NCBI GenBank assembly: GCA_964016885.1 | Contig: OZ024746.1 | Location: 29,202,001-29,266,000, forward strand | Length of the DNA stretch: 64,000 nucleotides | From: Eledone cirrhosa | Taxonomy: Eukaryota | Direction of reading: 5' to 3' | In this document: one piece after another, positions 13,601 through 26,500 of the stretch | How positions within the stretch are numbered: position 1 is the first letter of the stretch | Layout: every line of letters begins with the position of its first letter | Translations under genes and position numbers: made by a program | Notes under the pieces: model-generated | Databases searched by the model: none | Seen by the model: the letters and a program-made list of their open reading frames with translations, nothing else | What the model was told of the DNA's origin: nothing

Positions 13601-16600
13601 TGTTTCTTGGGCATTTTTAAACTTAGGAGAGCCCATCTTCTCTCAAGGTCTGAACACAGTAGATTTCTTCCAGAGAAGGATAGTGAGAGAGTGAGCGAAT
13701 GGAAGTGAGAAAGAGATATAACAGAAGAAGCAATCCCAATACTAGACTGGTACTTTTTTTTATTGAAAAGTAAAGTTTACCTCAATAAGATTTGAACTCA
13801 GAGAGCAGAGAGTCAGAACGAAGCATTCTATCCGATGTTCTAATGACTCTGCCAATTTGCTACCTACACATTACAATCTTGGTAAAGAAATGATTAATAA
13901 TTTTAGTAAATCCTTCAAAATTCTTGAAATGGAGAATATTTCAAGAAATATAGCCAAAACCTGACACCACCCCTGATTCTAGGATACATATCTATTTACA
14001 CCAGCTTAATGAAAAAGTTAGTTCATCATCATCATCATCATCACCGTTTTACGTCCGTTCTTCCACGCTAGCATGGGTTAGACGGGTTGTCCTGTTGTGG
14101 GCAGTGTCTGGTCGGCTGACCATGCCTTGCTCATACAGGAACTGATCTGGCTTGATTTCTACAGCTGGATGCCCTTCCTAACACCAACCTCATTTACAGT
14201 GAGTGCTGGGTGCTTTTTCGTGGCACTCACTGTAAATGAGGTTGGTGTTAGTTATATTAATAAATTCCTCCAAATTTGTTATTCTTTTAAAAATTATTTG
14301 AAAATCTCAAGCAGTGTCTTTCATTAGAAATATGGTATAAAAACAATTAGAAACAAATTAAAAAATTAGCAGAACTTACCGATCTGTTACTTGGGAGTTG
14401 CATATATTAAGGACTGCATTACATACAAAGTTATAACGATATCCTGGGTTTTCATTGAGTTGTTTGACTAACATTGCATCAGGTATGGATTTCACATCAT
14501 TAAAATAATCCATCATAAAGTTAGGATCCCAGAGTAAGTTAGACACTGATGGAATTATATTGGTATCATGGGTCTGTTTCATTTTACTGAACGTGGCACT
14601 GAAACTGTCTGAATATTTGACCTTTAGGTAACTAGCAGAGGTGTAGAGGTCAAAAAGGTACGCCTGGACACATCTTTCGGCAGAGGTACAATCCGATGGA
14701 TTATTGATGTGTTTGATGATAGAGTTCAATCCCTCAAAGGCAGCACAAGCCAAGTCCTGGCAGACAAGCATGTAGGAGCAATATTTACTGAATATACCAA
14801 TGATACACAGGCACAACGAAGAGATGTAGTTTGTGGCAAGAGATGATGCTTTCAACATCAGCTGGACTTCCACCTGGCTAAGCTCTTTCAGCAGCTGACA
14901 AGGAAAGACAAAGACAAATTCTAATAAACAACTGGTTGATTTAAGAAACATTGATAAAATCTGAAATGTAGTTGTTTAAATACAAATGACTATAATAGTA
15001 GATATATATATATATATACATATAAGATAGTTGGAAAAATCAGGTAAAGTACCCTCATTGAAGAAAACTGGACAGAGGTACCACTGTCTAGTTTTTTTCT
15101 ATCTCCATAGTAACTTAACCTGATTTTCCCAACCATTATTTATATATTGAACTATTATTTATAGTGATTAACAATTATTACAGATGTTTACATTGGGATG
15201 GCCACAAACATAAAATTTACATCCACTTTCCATAGCTGTAAAGTTATGTTGGTATCACAAAATCATCCAGCTCACATGGTAAAGTGGTTGTGTAGGAATC
15301 ACGACAAAAAGCACCAAGCCCACACTGTAAGATGGTTGTGTAGGTGCCACAACTAAAAGCACACAGCAAACACTGTAAATGTGGTTGGCATTAGGAAGAG
15401 CATCAGCCATAAACAGTCCTATGTGAACAAGACACGGTCACCTGACTCAACTTGCTTCTAATGGGACAACCCGTCTAACCCATGCTCGCGTGGAAAATGG
15501 ATGTTAAACGATGAGTGTATTAGATACATTTTATCATGAAACCAACACTAGATGTTGGAAAATAGGGATGATGATGATAACACTGATTTCTTCCTTCTTT
15601 GTGGACTACTAAGATCATTAGACCAGAACTCTATATATCATTATGATCATCATTTTATGCCTGCTGTTCTATGTTTGCATGTGTTGGACTGGTCTTTCTC
15701 AGCACAGGATCTCTCCACTTGTCATGCTCCTTATTATTTAATGCCTCCATCTTGCTTACATAAGTTCCCATGCACTACCAAGTACATTTTATCATAGTAC
15801 CAGTACTAGGGAGGTTGTCATATCTTTAACACAAATGAAGAGTCTTCCTGTATATATACAACAGGCTCATACACAGTTTCTGCTAACTAAACGCTACTCA
15901 GGAGATATTGGTAATGTGAGGAGTGATTACAGTAGAAGAGAAGTGATGGTACTTACTTGTAATGCAAAGTCCAAAAGTCCGTTGATATTTAGTGAATAAT
16001 CCATCAAATCAAAGAGATATGAGATATTATCTACAACAGGTAAATAACAGGAGTTGCCAGCAGCAAAACTAGACAATTGCTCAAGTACACTGCTTACACA
16101 GGATGAGGTGACAGCATGCATGTCGTAGTAGGAAAGTCTTTGGAACTTATTAAATGTACTTTCTAGGTTGCTGGAGGAATCACTGTCTTTATCCTTCTCT
16201 TTCTCTTTCTTCTTCTTCACTTTGGTAGGGTCACCACTACTTATGTCAATACAGTTCTTTTTGTTGAACAGCCTCAAGATTTCCTGCAATCAAACACAAA
16301 ATGAACAAACTTCTTAGAAATCATCACAAATCAGAATTGACATATACATACATGTATATATATATATTATATATATATATAAGATCAAAAGATGGTTAAA
16401 GGAGTTCCATATATTTTATTATGCGCATTTCAAAAACAAACATCATCAAGCAATAATATTTGTGTTTTCATCAGATAAAACAGGAGAACATGATATGAAG
16501 GCTAAAAAAACACTTGTTGATAATGCAGTTTTTAATCAAGCACTATCAACAAGTGTTTTTTTAGCCTTCATATCATGTTCTCCTGTTTTATCTGATGAAA

Positions 16601-17495
16601 ACACAAATATTATTGCTTGATGATGTTTGTTTTTGAAATGCGCATAATAAAATATATGGAACTCCTTTAACCATCTTTTGATCTTATATTATGCATACTC
16701 CAGTCCCACAAACTGTAGAGTGCTTCTTATCCGATATCTGCATTGCTTTATTGTACTACAATAAAACTCACCTCCTACATATTATATATATATATATATA
16801 TATACATCATCATCATCACCGTTTTACATCCGTTCTTCCATGCTAGCATGGGTTAGATGGGCTGTCCTGTTGTGAGCAGTGTCTGGTCGGCTGACCATGC
16901 CTTGCTCATACAGGAACTGATTTTGGCTTGATTTCTACAGCTGGATGCCCTTCCCAGCACCAACATCATTTACAGTGAGTGCTGGGTGCTTTTTTCCGTG
17001 GCATCTACACGTCCACTTTACAGTGTGGGCTGGGTGCTTTTTTGCCGTGGCACCTCCACGACCACTTTGCAGTGGGAAGGTGTTGGGGCGTTTTGTCTAT
17101 ATGCTTCAGCTTGTACCCATGGGAGGTCGGGCACACTGTATTACTGCATGATGCCAGAGGTCACGGTCGTGTGTCATCGCCTTTGAGAGGTGTAATTGGG
17201 TAAGGTCGGCTTTTATAACCTCATCCCAGGTCTTCTTGGGTCTCCCCACTCCGCGGTTTCCATTGACTTCTAGTGCTCTGCACCTTTTTATGCAGCTGTC
17301 ATCCTTCATACGCATCACATGTCCATACCAATGCAACCGCCTCTCCTGCACACAGCATTTGATTCCTCTTATGCTCAGTCTCTCTCTCAATTCATTTATG
17401 CTTTGCCGTTTGCGTATATTACTATTACACATCCATCGGAGCATGATAGTAATATACGCGAACGGCAAAGCATAAATGAATTGAGAGAGAGACTG

Positions 17496-17533
<38 letters not shown>

Positions 17534-20500
17534 ATGTATATATATACATGTGTATGTATTTACATATATATATATATATATTTACATATATATATATATA
17601 TATATTTACATATATATATATATTTAGGTCTGATACATATATATATATATATATGGAGGCACATGGCTTAGTGGTTAGAGCATTAGCCTTGCAATCGAAA
17701 GGTTGGGAGTTCAATTCTCAGACCGGGTGATGTGTTGTTTCCTTGAGCAAGACACTTTATTTCACATTGCTCCAGTTTACTCAGCTGTAGAAATGAGATG
17801 ATAGGGACTGGGGTCCCTATCATTCCACTGCAAAGTGGTCGTGGAGGTGCCACGGCAAAAAAGCACCCAGCACTCACTGTAAATGAGGTTGGTGTTAGGA
17901 AGGGCATCCAGCTGTAGAAATCAAGCCAGAATCAGTTCCCGTCCCACTCTTGCAAGCAGGGAAAAAGCGGACGTAAAATGAAATGATGATGATGATATAT
18001 ATATAGGTCTGACCAAACACAGGCAGCCTGCAGCTAAACAACAGCTATCTTTGGTTATAGGCCTGACCAGGGGCTAAATAACAACAAAATAACTGATATT
18101 AAAAACATTCTTACCTTGGTGACTTTCTTAATGATATGTCTCGCGTTATCGCGCGCTTTTCCAACTCCATATAAAACAACAAATCTCTGATTACATTCGT
18201 GGGCATAACTCTCATTTTGTGGGATAGGAAAGTGTGTGGCAAAGAGCATGTGGCGCGATGGGCCTTTAGGAGGTGGAGGTTGAAGTGGCGCTGACTGTGA
18301 CTCTCCTACACTCATTATTGGTTGGTCACGTTCTGATTTTACAGATTTTACTGAAGCTACAAAAAAAAAAACAACAAATTATGGACAATTTAATGAAGAC
18401 CACCATCATTGTTTTGACACATATACAGTGAAGATACTACTACAACAAACTCAGACATGCATGCAGCCACATATACAGTGAAGGTTCTACTACTACTACT
18501 ACAAACACTAAAAAAAAAGACACACGTATATAGATATACACAGTGAAGATTCTACTACTACAAAGCTGTTTTTTTATCTAAAATTCTTGCATCATAAGGT
18601 GAGAACATCATTTAGGTGAGAACATTTATTAAGTTATGTTCCAAACACAAGCTTAATAATTAAGTTAGTTATATTATTAAATCACTCCAAATTTTTGATT
18701 ATCTTTGAATTATTTGAAAACCATTGACTATGTCTTTCATTAGAAATTGGTAACAAAAGGATTTTAAAGTGTTGATATCTAAAACATATTCATCATAATT
18801 TTATGTAAGAAGCTCTGTTATGTTCCAACCATCTTTATTACTATATATCTCTGCAAATTGTGGATTATTTTCAAAGTAATTTGATTAACATAAGCAGTGT
18901 CTTTAATTATAATAAATATGATAATAAAAAGGTTAAGGCAATATCTTTCATTAGAAATATTAGCAGAAAAACCACCCTTCGGGCAGTTTTCTACTGGCAT
19001 ATGTAGTGTGCATATTGGTATTATATGCAAATATATATGCATATAGATATATGTAAATTGAAAAGTAAATTGACAATATCTTCTTCACCCACTTATTTCT
19101 GAGAGGGTCATGGGGGCAGAGTCCTTCTCAAACACTCCTTCCAGTGAGTCTGTCAGTAGCAAACATCTGTAACTGATCCAGCTGGATCCCAAAGCGTGAC
19201 CAGCCAAGGATGTTATCCAACTATCTTGCTCAGGGTCTACTTCTGGGTCTCTTGCAGACTGGTTTTGCCTGTAAAATGTGTCCAGTGATTCTTTACTGAG
19301 ACATTCTAGCTACATGCTCATAATATTGGAGTTGTGATCTCTCAATTTGGAGAAGTAGCGGCTCTACAGGAGTGAATCTCTGGTCTCTGAGTTATGCACT
19401 TTATTGAGTAACGTTACTCCAAAGACCCTTCGGAGGAATCCCATTTCTGCCACTTTTATTTGCAATTGTATTCTTTTGGTCATTACCCAAGATTCATGAT
19501 CCTCGGTAAGAGTTGGCAGGAATACCAGGAAGACAGCGAGTTTGGCTTTTACACCTACCCCACTTCATCTGATTGCTGAGGCTGGTGCATTACTGCATCA
19601 GCTTTTGCAATTCTTGCACTTAATTCAGCCTCCTGCATTCCATCACTCATGAACACAGCTCCAAGATACTTGAACTTCTCTAACTGCTTCAGTAGAACTC
19701 CATTCACATGTATATAAATTTGTGGGACTTCTATCCACCCATCAATCACGCAATGTGTATGTGTGTTTGTGTGAATGTATGTGTGTAAAGGGAAGGAAAG
19801 GGATACACATATATATATGTCTAACTTAAAAACAGTGACACACACACGTGTCTCTAATTTAAGAACACCGACAAACTCGCGCGCACACACATACACACAC
19901 TGTCCTGTTACCACTTAAGAGCTTTGGCCCAGGCAAACATCCCCTCAATTTTGGAACCATCTGGGTTGTCCTGAATTGATGGGAAAAGACTTGACGGTCT
20001 TACTTTGTCCTCCTGGTCAAGAGGCAGGTGCCTTACCTGGGACGTCACAGTTAGTGACTCTTTTGCTTCTTCCCACATTCTGGATGCAGAGGTAAGGGCG
20101 AGAGCTACAGAATCCGCAGCTGAACGGAACAAAATCCTAAAATACCACGTTCTGTCAGCTAACTACATTATCCAGCCTGTGGCATTCAAACGTTTGAGGG
20201 AGTTGGGTTACTGACAGCGAGATTCTTATCTTCACTGGCGGCTCGCCAAACAAAGCTAACTGATGATGCTTGTGAGGGCACTTGGTTGTTCCAGCACCTC
20301 AGCGTTGCCATCACCCCAGATAACGCTGCGAGCATGCTGGCCTGCCTCAAAAATTATTAGAGAGGTTTCCCAGTGCTCCTCGCTATATTGTTATCTTTTG
20401 CTATGGTAGCGGCTCGTTTTTCCACTCTTTCGCCTGCATTTTGTTCTATGTGGTCGAAGATGTGTGTATTACGTGCTTGTGTATTTTTTCAATTTTTTTT

Positions 20501-23500
20501 TTTCCCTTTCCTTTTCATCATCATCATCTTTTTGTATATATTATATTGAATTGGCAGTATCAGTAGAGGGTCGGACGCCATACTTTCCAGCATAGTTACG
20601 TCCCTTTACGGACTGAGTTCAAATCCCGTCGAGGTTAACTTTACCTTTCATCTTTATGGGGGTCGATAAAATAAAGTACCAGTAATGCACTGGGATAATT
20701 GCTGGCCTTGTGCCAAAAATAGAAACAATTATTAAAAGGGTGGTGGATTGGCAGTATCGGTAGAGGGTCGGATGCCATGCTTTGCAGCATAGAGTTACGG
20801 CCCTTTGCGATCTGAGTTCAAATCCCACTGAGGTTAACTTTGCTTTTCATCCTTATGGGGTCGATAAAATAAAGTACTAGTAATACACTGGGATAATTGC
20901 TGGCCTTGTGCCAAAAGTAGAAACAATTATATTTCTTAGTGTTTTCATTCTGTAACCATTATATTAAATGAATTTAAAAAAAAAAGAGTTAATGAATAAA
21001 TAAAACGTTATTCTTGTTTTACAATTCACCGAACACTGCTATCATGACTGTATGTGTGTTTGTGTAAATGTATATGTGTGAATATATGTTTGTGTGAATG
21101 TATGTGTATTTATCTGAATGTATGTCCGTGAGCGTCTAATTTTATAAGTTTGTGTTTGCACAATTATAGTATTATACTCATAATAGTTATATACTCATAC
21201 ATATAGATGTATGTATGTACACACTCATACACGTCAGCATGTAGAAAATCATAATCTTTCTCTATCTCTCTCATCATACAGTCTCTCTTTCTATATATAT
21301 ATATGGTAGTTGAAGTGATGGTGGTGGCAACGATATACCGGATGTGTAAAAATGTGAATAAAACTTGGAAAAGAAGTCAATTTTAAATTATTAATGTTTA
21401 CGAAATTTAGTACATAAATTATGTAATATTCAGTCATTATTTATTCAAAGTAATCCAACTTATTTTACTAACTGGATTAAAAGAAATAAACCGTACGCAG
21501 TCCCGCAGTTCTTACTTTATTATAGTTTAGATGGTAATGAAAGGCTTAATGACATAGGCAATGTCTTTCATTAGAAATATGGTAATGAAAGGATTAATGT
21601 TGTAGGCAGTGTCTTTCATTAGAAATATGGTAATGAAAGGGTAAAAGACATAAACTGTCTTTCATTAGAAATATGGTAATGAAAGTGTTAACTAAAAGGT
21701 GACTAATAAACCAGAAGTGATAAGCTATGATAATCAACTCACCTGGGGCTTCAGGACTGGTTTTCTGTTCTTCTTTAACTGATCCAAACAGACTTCCAAG
21801 ATCACTCTCCATTGTGTGGATATCTAAGTCCATCTTGATATCATCTTGGTGCTAACAACAACAACAAAATTAATATCATCTTGGTAATAACAACATTAAT
21901 ATCATCTTGGTTATAACAAAAACAACAATACCATCTTGATGCTTACAACATCATTAATGCCATCATGGTGTCAACATTAACATAAATATCATGTTGATGT
22001 CATGTTATTGGACCCCAGAGTTTCCTTTCATTAAACACCATTGTGTCATGTCACAAAAATAAGGCTCCCAGAGTTGACACCTTCTCTTCCCTTCAATCCC
22101 TGGCAAATGACTGAAAACAGTAAAAGAAGGTGGTGCCCCAGCTTGGCCATAGTCTGATGACTGAAACCAGGTGCCCCAGCATGGCCACTGTCTAATGACT
22201 GAAACCAGTAAAAGAGTGTGGTGTCCCAGCATGGCCACAGTCTAATGAGTGAAACCAGTAGAAGGTGGTGCCCCAGCATGTTCACAGACTATAGACTGAA
22301 ACTAGATGCTCCAGCATGGCCACAGTTTAATGAGTGAAACCAGTAAAAGAATGAAACAGTTGACTTACCTCATGTTTGATACTTTCTGATAAACTTTTCA
22401 CACTAGACAAATCCACACTGTCTGCTGAAGGCATGGCAACCGAGGGAGAGGCGGCAAGGTCACCACGCGATATTAGGGTACACATGTATGCATCATGGGA
22501 GAATACATCAAATCTTATAAGTTCACAAAACAGCTGGATAAGATTAGAAAAGGCATCTCGATTTTCCTCTAATCCACTGTCATCTGAAATATAGAGAGAA
22601 GTGATAACAGTGAGAATGAGATAAGAGAGTCAAATAGATTATTGATCATACACACACATACACATACATACATACATACAGTCTAACCCATGCAAGCATG
22701 GAAAAAGGGATACAGGCTACCTATTTTAAACTGGATACCCACAGGGATATGGTGTAGCTATGCTAAACTAGATACACACAGAAATAAAATGTACCTATTG
22801 TAAACTGGATACACACACAGACAAAGTTTACCTATTGTAAACCAGATACATACATACAGAGATATGGTGTACTTATTGTAAACTGGATACATACAGGGAT
22901 ATGGTGTACTTATTGTAAACTGGATACATACAGGGATATGGTGTACTTATTGTAAACTGGATACACAGAGATACAGTGTACCTATTGTAAACAAGACATA
23001 CACCGACATGTGTAGTATTTACCTAAAACTGGGGCATCTTCATCAAGGAACTCCATGAGAAGCTGCTGGTAAGCTGGGTAGCCTGAAGATATCATGACAT
23101 CAGAAGCTATAGAATCTTTATCATCCATCATTTCACTATCAGCAAACTTCTGCAAAAAGAAAGAAAAAAAAATTAACCCAGATAAATTAGAAGTTCAACA
23201 GAAAAACAAGTTATTTAAATTTTAAATAAATAAAAACAATATAACACAACAGTGAATGTCAGAAAAAAATTGGCTGTGATCAGACATGGAAGGATGAGTG
23301 CCACCAGGTTTAAAATGACCAAGACATGCAAAAGGGTTAAAGAGATAAAAAATAGTAACACTAACCTCATTACGTAAATCATTCTGCCGTCGTTCTAATA
23401 ACTTGGCAACAACAACAGCTCTGTAGTTGCCGGTCCGTTGTATGGTGACAGCCCAGTCAATGAGGAGTTTTATGATTGGGTCATCACTAACAAGTGGCTA

Positions 23501-26500
23501 AATAAACAGAAAATAAACAATGATAAAGGTAGGTAAGTGCATCTGTGCACATAGGTGTGAGTGGGTGTGTGTGTGTGTGTATAAAGGTAGGTGTGTTTGT
23601 GCACATAGGTGTGTTTGTGTACATAAGTGTGTGCATACATGTATGTAAGTGTGTATGTGTGTGTGGAGGTAAAACAGAAGAAAAAGAAAGAATAAGATGT
23701 TGAAATGAGGAGAGTGTTTGTTAACTTACCTCATTTCCTTCTTTATTTTCGTTGTGGCAGAAGATTTTATTGTACAGAGAATTCATTGAGTTACTGGCAT
23801 CGACTTTGTCAAAATAATGGCAGTCTAAGATATCCAAAACATTCAAAACCTTACTGATAGTGAAACCTGCAGAGAGAGAGACATAAATTAAATGTTGAGT
23901 ATCAGTGAAAGAGGAGATGGTTGGTTCATTGGTTGGTACTGTTATGCAGTCCTTATAAATCAGCCTTCATCAAATTTATATACATATATATGTGCCTACT
24001 CTACTCCTTCCCATGCATAGAATACTACCCTGATTTGTGGTCTCGCCAGTCTCTGCACTGCAGACTTTCAAAATATATATATATATATATATATCAGGTT
24101 AGAACCTGTTTAAAACTAGTTAGACCATTACTCAACAGAGTACTCGATACTTGGGGTGGTAGAGTATGGCTATATTATAAAGAGTCAGGGCCCAATCAGA
24201 GAGCTCTTGCCGTTTCAACAGCTAGTTCAGGACTCAGTCCAGAACTAGCTTTTGAAATGGTAAAAACTCAGCCGGCATGTCCTGACTCTTTATAATATAT
24301 ATATATTGTGTTGTTTATTATGTAATCAAATAAAATATATATATATATATATATCATCATCATTTAACGTCCATTTCCCACGCTAGCATGGGTCTGGACG
24401 TGTATATATATATATATATACACACATGATACATATACATTTATATCATCCATCATCATCATCGTCTGGGTTTGCGGATACCTTCCTCACCCCTGCTTCA
24501 GAGGCTCCGTAAAATGTTATGAGCACTACCCTCCCTTCCCTGACTAAACAGATAAAGAAACAACCCCTTAAACTGACCAAAGAACACAGTATCTACCTTT
24601 AGTTGACTGTTGGCATTTATCAGATGACCACCTCACTTCAGCAGCATGACCACGAAGTCTAATCTGTTGTTCAGCAGCTCGGATTTTAGCTCGGATCTGG
24701 AAAATACATGGTAGATATATACATAGAATTAGTTTAACACCTTTCATTATCATATTTCTAATTAAAATCATCAAGAATTTGGAGGGATTTAGTAATATAA
24801 CTCACTTACTCATTATTTATCTGGTGTTTGGAATATAACTTAAAATATTTATATAAAATTACAATGTAAAGTTTTTAGATAAAAATATCTATATACAAAC
24901 TCCTGAGTGTCTTACCATATTAAATAAATATATAAACATTAACCCTTTCATTCCCATATAGCACTGACTAGGATTTTCAAATCATTTTGAAGATAAGCAA
25001 GAATTATTTACCAACTGTTTGGAATATAACTTAAAGGTCCGTACATGAAATTATAATGGAAGTGCTTTTAGATAAATATAAATATTATAAAATATACAGC
25101 ATTGTATTGTAGAAACATGGTTGGTTCCAGGTGGCCTAGTGTTGAAGGGTTAATAGTTTAAATGGTGCAAGCATAACCATGTGGTTAAGAAGTTTGCTTT
25201 GTATATACATGTGTTTATGTGTGTGTGTTTACATCAATGCTGTTTATCAATGGCATGAATCTCACTTGTCTTGGAGGACCCGTGAAGAGCATGGACATTA
25301 CATTGCTTTCAGATCTACCAAGTAACAAAAAAAGGGATTGTTTGTTTCTGTCTTGTAACTTAGCAGTTCAACAAATAGAGATTGATGAAATAAGTGCTAG
25401 ACTTAAGTGTGTGCGTATGTTTGTGCGTATGTGCATGCATAAGTGTATGTGAATGCATGTGCGATGATGTAACTGAATGTTTGTCAACTTACCAGTTGGT
25501 TGTCTGGATTAGGGGGCATAGGAAGTGATGAGGTACCACATCCAAGGAGATCCAATGGTGATCCACATAGAAAGTTACATATCTTGCCATCACCAAGGTT
25601 GTTCCAGACAAGAGCGGCAGGACAGCGGATGGTAATGATTTGAAGTGTAGCACATAGCATGAGGATAATGCTACGATGTTCAAGGCACGATACATATTCA
25701 GTGAAGAGTACAGAGAGGGGGTTCGATAGAGGGTTGTTACTTCCTGTCCTGTTGGTCAATAAAACAACAAGACATTTAGAGACTTCAAATTTGGAACTCC
25801 ACATAAATACACAGCAGTCATGAGCTATATAAACTCTAATAATAAACAACAAGCGTTTTAACGTCCAAGACTACATCAAATGTAGTTTTAATGTCCAAGA
25901 CTACATCAAACCACATTAGCCAGACATTAAATATTGAAGTCTTTACTTTAATACTGCACATTTTCACAATGATATGTCCACTAGTAAATTCCATCTGCTC
26001 TACTTACCCATTTCCATTTGTCATCATGGGAGAATCAGTTCGAGGGGAGCAGATTCCATATTCTGATGTAAACTGAGCAATTCTTTTGGCACAAAAGTGA
26101 GACAATTTCCGAGATAAATAAACTGACATTGACACTTCATCTAAATACTGAAGAAAAATGGATTTAATTAGCAGAACATCGAGATTTTAACTCTTGATAC
26201 CAACCCACCTACATAAAACCACCTCAAGCTCAAAACAAAACCACCCCTTTTAAAAGGTTCCTATTTAAATTAAAACATTCCAAGATAATTTTTATTACTG
26301 TTTGTTGATGTTTAGACAATAAAGACCAATAAAATAAGTAACAGTCATGATAAAAAAATAAGTACTGAGATTGATATAATCAACTAAATTCCCCAAGACA
26401 ATGCCCCAGCATGGCCATAGTCCAATGACTAAAATCAGTAAAAAACAAAACAATATCTTACATAAACAATTTGTCCAAGTAATAATTTCAACACAGAATC

